Assembly: GCA_046597055.1 (NCBI GenBank)
Contig: JBKJLC010000016.1
Coordinates: forward strand, 1-64,000
Length of the DNA: 64,000 nt
Direction of reading: 5' to 3'
Origin: Kofleriaceae bacterium
Lineage (GTDB): Bacteria; Myxococcota_A; Polyangia; Haliangiales; Haliangiaceae
Shown here: positions 56,323 to 64,000 of the stretch, in pieces
How the letters are laid out: the number at the start of each line of letters is the position of its first letter
Numbering within the stretch: position 1 is the stretch's first letter
The notes under the pieces: model-generated
Database searches by the model: none
The model's input: only the letters and a program-made list of their open reading frames with translations
What the model was told of the DNA's origin: nothing
Translations under genes and position numbers: made by a program

Positions 56323-56925
56323 TCACTTGCCTCTGACGGCGAACAGGAGGTTGTCGAAGTCGGCGTGCTTCGCGGTGGTCACCACCATCGTGATGATCCG
56401 CGCGTCGACGTCCTTGTCAGCCTGCAAGATCGCGAGGCCCTCCGGGCAGAGGTTCTCGGGGTCGATGATGCCGGCCTTGAGATCGTCGCAGGCCTTCTTC
56501 GCGCGCTTGTCGCGCCCGAGGCTGATCTCCTCGCGGCGCTTCTTGCCGATCGCCTGCAGGCGCTCGTAGAGCCCCTCGATCTTCATGCTGGGGTTCTCGT
56601 TGCGCAGCAGGCTGTCGATGGTCGCGACCTGGGAGCCCTGGAACGAGATGTCGGTCTTCGTGATGATGATGATGGGCGCCTGCTGCAGGACGTCCTTCTG
56701 GCTCGCCTCCGGTAGCTCGAGCCCCTTCTGGGCCTGGAGCAGCTCACCCGAGGTGGAGAACACCATCAGGAGGAAGGTGACGAGGATCGTCATCGTGTCG
56801 ACGAACGGCACCAGGTTGAGCGCGACGTCGAGTTGCTGGGGACCGCCGCCGGTCGAGCCGCCCTTGCCGAGATGCTTGAAAGGAACCGATCTATAGAGGC
56901 GTGAGCCTCCCTTGTGGATGGGCAT
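56323..56925 (-). CDS. aglS: ExbD/TolR-family protein, AglS-like
   Basis: LNLVPFVDTMTILVTFLL (conserved Asp), LPEA, ILQADK; second TolR after TolQ. Confidence 0.75.
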   Translation of the reverse strand: MPIHKGGSRLYRSVPFKHLGKGGSTGGGPQQLDVALNLVPFVDTMTILVTFLLMVFSTSGELLQAQKGLELPEASQKDVLQQAPIIIITKTDISFQGSQVATIDSLLRNENPSMKIEGLYERLQAIGKKRREEISLGRDKRAKKACDDLKAGIIDPENLCPEGLAILQADKDVDARIITMVVTTAKHADFDNLLFAVRGK

Positions 56926-56935
56926 GGGCTCTCCT

Positions 56936-57445
56936 TCAGAGCGTCGGCCGCCAGGCGAGGCTGGTCGGCTCGGAAAGCCCGACACCGGTGAAGCCGGCGC
57001 CGACCGCGAGGTCCATCGCATGGACCACGTCGTCGTATTTGACGGGTTTGGTGATCGTGCTCTCTGCCGCGATCTCGATGTCGTTACGCTCGGCGAACGC
57101 CTCTTCCTTCTTCAGGGCAACGAGGGCGTTGGTCAGCGTGGCCCAGTCGTAGGTGCCACCGGCATCCTTCTTGACGAGGACCGGATCCAGCTGGAGCCGC
57201 GACACCCCGACGTAGATCACGTCGGACTCGATCAGCACGGAGATGGTCGGCAGCGGCTCCTCGATCTTGTCGACCGGCTGGTTCCGGTTCTTGCCCTTCG
57301 GCTGGATCGTGATCTGCGCGATGTTGACCCAGACGGCCGTGACGAGCAGGAATGCCGTGAGACAGCTCATCAAGTCGATGTAGGGGACGATGTTGAGCTC
57401 GACGTTGACGCTCCCCTTTTTGCCTAAATCTACAGACCCACCCAT
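56936..57445 (-). CDS. aglQ: ExbD/TolR-family protein, AglQ-like
   Basis: LNIVPYIDLMSCLTAFLLVTAVW, YDDVVHAMD, AGF. Confidence 0.75.
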   Translation of the reverse strand: MGGSVDLGKKGSVNVELNIVPYIDLMSCLTAFLLVTAVWVNIAQITIQPKGKNRNQPVDKIEEPLPTISVLIESDVIYVGVSRLQLDPVLVKKDAGGTYDWATLTNALVALKKEEAFAERNDIEIAAESTITKPVKYDDVVHAMDLAVGAGFTGVGLSEPTSLAWRPTL

Positions 57446-57514
57446 AGGTGCCTCCAGTCGAGGGACGTCACGCGGAGACGCGGCGTCCCGTGGTCAGGAT
57501 GAATGGGGCGACGA

Positions 57515-58156
57515 TCAGCCCGTGGGCTGCATCTGGGCGCGGTGATTGACGACCAGGTTGACGACCTGGACGGTCACCTCGTTGATGTCGTCGGTGATCT
57601 TGGTGGTCTTGCCCATGAGGAGCGAATAACCGAGGAGGCCGATCAGCGAGACGCCGATGCCGAAGCGGGTGCAGTGCAGTGCTTCCGAGATGCCCTTGGC
57701 CAGCTCGGTCGACTTGTTGCCACCCTCGCTCGAGCCGACGGCGGCGAACGAGGTGATCATGCCGGAGATGGTGCCGAGGAGGCCAGCCATGACGGCGAAG
57801 TTGGCGAGCATCGCCAGGTACGGCGTGCGGGTGTTGATCTTGGGCAGCTCGCGGAGCGCGGCCTCGTCCATCGCAGCCTGGACCTCGTCGTCGCTCTTGT
57901 TGAACTTCATCAGGCCAGCCTGGACGATGCGCGTCATCGGAGTCGGATTACCCGAGCACACCTTGATGGCGCCCTGGACGTTCCCGGCCATGACCTGGCT
58001 CTTCAGCAGCGCGAGGAGCTTGTCCTTGTCGACGCTGGCCTTGAACAGGTAGACGGCGCGCTCGACGATGATCGCGATGATCACGATCGAGGTCACGAGG
58101 ATGAGCCACATGCCCCATCCGCCTTCATGGAACGAGTTCGAGATGTTCTGCAGCAT
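57515..58156 (-). CDS. aglR: MotA/TolQ/ExbB proton channel, AglR-like
   Basis: GGWGMW, IVER, GLLGTISGMI..F, LAKGISEAL; SD GGAGG. Confidence 0.8.
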   Translation of the reverse strand: MLQNISNSFHEGGWGMWLILVTSIVIIAIIVERAVYLFKASVDKDKLLALLKSQVMAGNVQGAIKVCSGNPTPMTRIVQAGLMKFNKSDDEVQAAMDEAALRELPKINTRTPYLAMLANFAVMAGLLGTISGMITSFAAVGSSEGGNKSTELAKGISEALHCTRFGIGVSLIGLLGYSLLMGKTTKITDDINEVTVQVVNLVVNHRAQMQPTG

Positions 58157-58466
58157 GATCGGAGTACCTCCAGGGCCCGGGGGGGGTGATGGCCCCGGCC
58201 AGCGTCGCGAAGGGCCGGGGGTGAGTTGAGTTGCCCTCGGAATCTCGTTTTGCAACAGGCGATCCACGGGCCTAATCGGCTGTGATAACTGGGATTCGTG
58301 GAGGTAGGTGCGGGCGGCACAGGCGATTTGATCGGGGCAACACGCGACGGCACGGGGCGAAATGCCCCGGCCGATGCGGGTGGACGCGAGGTCCTGTCAG
58401 CGCCGGTCATGCCTGGGTGATGATGGCGGGGAACCGGGGGGCGACCGCTGGTGTCACGGAGCTCAA

Positions 58467-59039
58467 GTGCAGATCACGCGACTGGTTTCATTGACGGACG
58501 TCGTCGTCCTCATCGTGGTCGCGGTGGCGATCTTCCTGCCGCCGCGCCCGGTCACCGCCGGTCCGGTCGACAAGCTCGACCCCGACGCCCGGCTGGCGCT
58601 GGCGTTCGCCGAGGCGCGGGCGCGGGCCCAGCCCGCCGACGGTGCCGCCGTCGCCGACCTCTCGCGCCGGCTCGGCGAGGCTGGGCAGCTCGACTGGGCG
58701 GTGCAGGTGGCCGCGACCGCGAGCGAGGCCGCGGCCGGCTCGCCGACCCGCTGGCGCACCGACGTCGCGACCTCGATCGCGCACGCCGACCGACTCGAGG
58801 TCGGCGAGGCGCTCGAGTGGGCCAATCGCGCACTCGCCTCGTGCGCGGCCGCCGGCGAGGCCGCCTGTCCCGGCTGGGAGCAGGTGCGGGTCGAGCTGTA
58901 CCAGCGGCACCTCGATGCCGGCATCAAGTCCGGGATTGATCCCCGGAAGAATCCCGCCGCCTTTCGCGAGGCCGGCGAGGCCGCGCTGCGACGGGTGCGG
59001 GCGATGCCGGCGCCCGGTGGCGCCGCGCCGCCGCTGTAG
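58467..59039 (+). CDS. Hypothetical membrane-anchored TPR-like protein
   Basis: N-terminal TM helix, helical Ala-rich body, GIDPRKNP. Confidence 0.65.
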   Translation: MQITRLVSLTDVVVLIVVAVAIFLPPRPVTAGPVDKLDPDARLALAFAEARARAQPADGAAVADLSRRLGEAGQLDWAVQVAATASEAAAGSPTRWRTDVATSIAHADRLEVGEALEWANRALASCAAAGEAACPGWEQVRVELYQRHLDAGIKSGIDPRKNPAAFREAGEAALRRVRAMPAPGGAAPPL

Positions 59040-59045
59040 GCACGG

Positions 59046-60125
59046 TCACGTCGACGTGAGGGCGGCGCGCACCTCGTCGGCGCTCAGCTCGCGAAGCACC
59101 CGCACGTCCTGGCGCAGCGCCGCGAAGGTGCGGCCCGAGCTCCAGGTCCGCTCGGGTGCGGCCGGCCCCAGCAGCACGGTCGGCACGCCGGCGACCCGCG
59201 GCACGTCGCGCGGAGCGCCCTCCCCCCACACCCACAGGTCCTGCGGGACCCGGCCGGCGTCGCGCAGATCGAAGCCGGCGGCACCGATGCCGTACAGGTT
59301 CCAGCTGCCGGCGACGTACGGCCGCGGCGGCGCCTCGCGATCGCCGCGCAGGTAGGCGAACAGGGCGGCCGGATTGTCGGCGGTCGCCACGCCGTGGCCG
59401 GCGAGCGCCGCGGCCAGCAGCGCGTGCAGGTCGTAGTTGCTCACGACACCGTCGACGACGACCTCGAAGCCGCGGCCGACCAGCGGCATCAGCACGCGCC
59501 AGCGGGCGTCGAGCTCGACGCCGAACAGCAGGTGCAGCCAGCTCGCGTCCGACCGGCTCATCGCCGCCGCCGCCGCGCACAGCGAACGGTCGGTGGTGGT
59601 CGCGAGCAGGTGCGGCCGGCACCGGGTCAGCGCGGCGACCGCCGGCAAGGTCCACTGGCGCAGGTAGGCCAGGGCCGCGCCGCCACCGCGGTCGTCGGCG
59701 AGGCGGGCCCGGAACACCGGCAGCGGGATCCGGCGGTCGTCGACCTCGAAGCCGCCGTCAGCGTCGGTGCCTCGGGCTGCGGTCGGATCGAGCTCGGCGA
59801 GGCAGCCGTCGGCGAAGTGGCGGGCCGCGGTCAGCACGTCGGGCAGGCGGTCGCGCAGCACCTCGGCGAGCGGCGCGGGATCGGCGCCGCGCTCGACCAG
59901 GCTGCCGGCCGAGATCCCGGCGAACGCGGCCCCGTCGGCGTGGTCGACCCGGCCGCGCGCGAGCCGGTCGACCAGCACCGCGAGCGCCTGATCGAGCTCG
60001 TCGCGATCGGCCGTGGTCATCGCGCGCAGGACGCGCCGGCAGGCCAGATCGACCTCGGCCGGGTTCCAGTCGATGCCGTCGACCGCCTGGGCGAGCGCCA
60101 CCGCCGCCTGGATGACCCGCGCCAC
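59046..60125 (-). CDS. Hypothetical protein
   Basis: 359-aa ORF with coding-like GC3; WVWGEG motif; no family recognised. Confidence 0.65.
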   Translation of the reverse strand: MARVIQAAVALAQAVDGIDWNPAEVDLACRRVLRAMTTADRDELDQALAVLVDRLARGRVDHADGAAFAGISAGSLVERGADPAPLAEVLRDRLPDVLTAARHFADGCLAELDPTAARGTDADGGFEVDDRRIPLPVFRARLADDRGGGAALAYLRQWTLPAVAALTRCRPHLLATTTDRSLCAAAAAMSRSDASWLHLLFGVELDARWRVLMPLVGRGFEVVVDGVVSNYDLHALLAAALAGHGVATADNPAALFAYLRGDREAPPRPYVAGSWNLYGIGAAGFDLRDAGRVPQDLWVWGEGAPRDVPRVAGVPTVLLGPAAPERTWSSGRTFAALRQDVRVLRELSADEVRAALTST

Positions 60126-60160
60126 CGCAGCACCATAGCCGAAGCGGGTACAGTACGGCC

Positions 60161-61918
60161 ATGGCGACGCCTCCCGTGTCCGTGACGTCCGCGAGCGCGC
60201 CCGTGATGAGCCAGGGCGCGATCAGCCTTCGACCGACTGCGCGCCCGGAGCTCGATCACGCGATCGCCCGGCTGAACGACCGCGCGCGCGTGTTCGCGCG
60301 GATGCCGGCGGCCGAGAAGGCCGGGCTCCTGCGCGCGTGCATGCCGCGGATCGCCGACGTGGCCGAGTCGTGGGTGACCAACGGCTGCAAGGCCAAGGGG
60401 ATCGGCGGCGCCTGGTCGGCGGAGGAGTGGCTGGCCGGGCCACTCCCGACCCTGCGCATGGCCCGCTTGCTCGCCGACAGCCTCGACCAGATCGCGCACC
60501 AGGGCCGACCGCAGCTCGGGACCGGCGCGCGCACGCGCGACGACGGCCGGGTCGAGGTCGACGTGTTCCCGGTCAGCACGCTCGACAAGCTCGCGTTCGC
60601 CGGCTTCCGCGGCAAGGTCCTCCTGCAGGACGGCGTCGATCGCGCCGAGGCCGGCCGGCGCCAGGCCAGCTTCTACCAGCAGCGCGACCCCGAGGGCGGC
60701 GTCTCGCTGATCCTCGGCGCCGGCAACGTGTCGAGCATCCCGCCGATGGACGTCTTCGCGAAGATGTTCAACGAGGGGCTGGTGTGCCTGCTCAAGATGA
60801 ACCCGGTCAACGAGTGGGTCGGCCCGATCCTCGAGCGCGCGCTGGCCCCGCTGTGCGATCGCGGCTTCCTGCGCATCGTCTACGGCGGCGGCGATGTCGG
60901 CCAGTACCTGGTCGAGCACGAGGGCATCCACGACGTCCACATCACCGGCTCCGACAAGACCCACGACCTGATCGTGTGGGGACCGCCCGGGCCCGAGCGC
61001 GAGCGGCGGCGGGCGACCAACCAGCCGCGGCTGACCCGGCCGATCACGTCCGAGCTCGGCAACGTTAGCCCGGTGATGATCGTCCCGTACACCTACCGCG
61101 ACGACGAGCTGGCGTTCATGGCCGCCAACGTCGCGTCGATGGTGACCAACAACGGCTCGTTCAACTGCAACGCGGCCAAGATGCTCGTCACCTCGCGCGG
61201 GTGGCCGCAGCGCGATGCCTTCCTCGGCCTGATCGCGCGCGAGCTGGCCCAGACGCCGGCGCGCAAGGCCTACTACCCGGGCGCGTTCGAGCGCTACGCG
61301 CGGCTCACCGCCGGCCGCGACCTCAACGTGCCGGGTGGGGCCGGCGCCGGCGAGCTGCCGTGGACGATCATCCGCGAGGTCGACACCAGCCGGGCCGACG
61401 ACCCGCTGTTCTCGATCGAGCCGTTCTGTGGGCTGCTGTCGGACGCGCCGATCGGCACCGGCGATCCGGTCGAGTTCCTCGATCGCGCGATGCGGTTCTG
61501 CAACGACACGCTGTGGGGGACGCTCAACGCGGCGATCTTCATCCATGGCCGGCTCGAGCAGGACCGCACCGTCGGCGCCGCGCTCGACCGCTCGATCGAC
61601 GCGCTGCGCTACGGCACCGTCGCCGTCAACCACTGGCCGGCGATCGGCTACGCGGTCGGCTCGCTGCCGTGGGGCGGCCACCCGTCGGCGACCTTGCACG
61701 ACATCCAGAGCGGCCTGGGCTGGGTCCACAACGCCTACATGCTCGAGGGCATCGACAAGGCGGTCCTGCGCGGGCCGCTGGTGGTGCGGCCGCGGCCACT
61801 ATGGTTCTCCGGCAATTCCAAGGGGCCCAAGGTGGCGCGACGTATGATCCAGCAGGAGCTGGCGCCGAGCTGGGCCGGTCTGGCCCGGGTGGTGGGTACC
61901 TCACTGTTCTCGCGGTAG
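60161..61918 (+). CDS. Aldehyde dehydrogenase family protein
   Basis: LGAGN, LKMNP, HITGS, SELG, catalytic FNC, EPF, GTVAVN, PWGG. Confidence 0.9.
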   Translation: MATPPVSVTSASAPVMSQGAISLRPTARPELDHAIARLNDRARVFARMPAAEKAGLLRACMPRIADVAESWVTNGCKAKGIGGAWSAEEWLAGPLPTLRMARLLADSLDQIAHQGRPQLGTGARTRDDGRVEVDVFPVSTLDKLAFAGFRGKVLLQDGVDRAEAGRRQASFYQQRDPEGGVSLILGAGNVSSIPPMDVFAKMFNEGLVCLLKMNPVNEWVGPILERALAPLCDRGFLRIVYGGGDVGQYLVEHEGIHDVHITGSDKTHDLIVWGPPGPERERRRATNQPRLTRPITSELGNVSPVMIVPYTYRDDELAFMAANVASMVTNNGSFNCNAAKMLVTSRGWPQRDAFLGLIARELAQTPARKAYYPGAFERYARLTAGRDLNVPGGAGAGELPWTIIREVDTSRADDPLFSIEPFCGLLSDAPIGTGDPVEFLDRAMRFCNDTLWGTLNAAIFIHGRLEQDRTVGAALDRSIDALRYGTVAVNHWPAIGYAVGSLPWGGHPSATLHDIQSGLGWVHNAYMLEGIDKAVLRGPLVVRPRPLWFSGNSKGPKVARRMIQQELAPSWAGLARVVGTSLFSR

Positions 61919-61966
61919 CGCCGGACGGGCCGTGCCGTGCGCCCGGCGAGCGGCTATCATGCAGAG

Positions 61967-63036
<1,070 letters not shown>

Positions 63037-63040
<4 letters not shown>

Positions 63041-63717
63041 TCGTCTACCTGTTCGACATCGATGGCACGCTGGTGCGGGCCGGCGGCGCGGGCGCCCGCG
63101 CGCTGACCACGGTGATGCAGGCCCACCACGGCGTCGCCGATGCCTGTCGGGGCATCTCGGCAGCGGGTCGGACCGATCCGGCGATCGTCGGCGAGATGTT
63201 CGAGCGCGCGCTGGGCCGGGCCGGCACCCGCGCCGAGATCGACGCGGTCATCGCGGCCTACCTCGCCGAGCTCGCGCGCGAGCTGGCCAGCGGCACGCTG
63301 CGGGTGTTGCCGGACGCACCGACGGTGCTCGGCTGGCTGCGCGCGCGGCCCGAGGTCCGCCTGGCGGTCGCGACCGGCAACGTGCGCTCGGGGGCGCGCC
63401 TCAAGCTCGAGATCGCGGGCCTCGCCGACCACTTCGACCTCGACGGCCTGGGCGGCTATGGCTGCGATTCGGCCGATCGCGCCGAGCTGGTCGCGTGCGC
63501 GGTCGGCCGCGCCGGCGCCGGCCAGGACGACACCGTGGTGGTGGTCGGCGACACCGTCCACGACGTGCGCGCCGCGCGCGCGGTCGGCGCGCTGTGCATC
63601 GCGGTCACCACCGGCGGCGACGATCGGGCCGTGCTCGAGGCCGAGGGCGCCGACGTCGTGTTCGACGGCCTGGCGCCGATCCCGGACTGGCACAGCGGCC
63701 GGTTCGGCGCGGCCTGA
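63037..63717 (+). CDS. HAD-family hydrolase
   Basis: LFDIDGTL, ATGN, VVGDT..D. Confidence 0.9.
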
Positions 63718-63801
63718 ACGACCGTCCGATGACGTCGCCATGGCCGTACCGGGGGCCCCGGCCCGCCATGGTTCCCCGGCGCCAGGCTGTTATGGTGCGC
63801 C

Positions 63802-64000
63802 GTGTCTCCCGCCCCGGACCCATGGATTCGCACCCCTGATCAGCTCGACGACCTCGTCGACGAGCTGGCCGGGTGCCGCGCGCTCGGCATCGACACCGAG
63901 GCCGACAGCCTGCACCACTACACCGAGAAGGTCTGCCTGATCCAGCTCACCGCCTTCCGCGGCGGGTCGTGGCTGGTGGATCCGCTGGCGCTCTCCGATC
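63802..64000 (+). CDS. rnd: Ribonuclease D (5' partial, runs off the window)
   Basis: Manual translation WIRTPDQL...LGIDTEADSLHHYTEKVCLIQL...LVDPL (DEDD Exo I). Confidence 0.88.
   Translation, partial: MSPAPDPWIRTPDQLDDLVDELAGCRALGIDTEADSLHHYTEKVCLIQLTAFRGGSWLVDPLALSD

Noticed and set aside
58179..58186. G8 run upstream of the aglR-like gene as a phase-variation tract
   Set aside because: Short for this GC content and probably part of a GC-rich hairpin in the leader.

Overview
Very GC-rich bacterial DNA, most likely a myxobacterium (Myxococcota). This is inferred from a MYXO-CTERM-type tail, many Cys-rich lipoproteins, a eukaryote-like kinase and phosphatase, and an AglRQS-type TolQ/TolR/TolR motor. 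The centre is a ~25 kb cobalamin locus (22.1-47.7 kb). cobS is followed by a promoter, an AdoCbl riboswitch, a tiny DUF2292/YezD-like ORF with a structured downstream leader, a beta-propeller lipoprotein and an ABC importer. An early-cobalt (cbi) pathway follows: cbiX-ferredoxin, DUF3209-like, FNR-like flavoprotein, cbiD, cbiC, cbiET, cbiL, cbiG, cbiH, an unknown gene, cbiF, P-loop/cobA/hemD fusion, BluB-like/cobO fusion, cbiA, cbiZ, cobU, cobT, cbiB, cobD and cbiP. No cbiJ/cobK reductase is visible, but uncharacterised redox genes lie directly before cbiD; they are the best candidate for an undescribed system. The flanks carry housekeeping genes (tyrA, pepF, dps, rph, rdgB, SUI1, partial rnd), three tRNAs, a LysR/exporter pair, a TerB-like/PPP phosphatase fusion, a pseudokinase and a candidate SOS-regulated AT-hook gene. 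Family calls come from motif recognition only; no database searches were run, and several start codons are my own picks.
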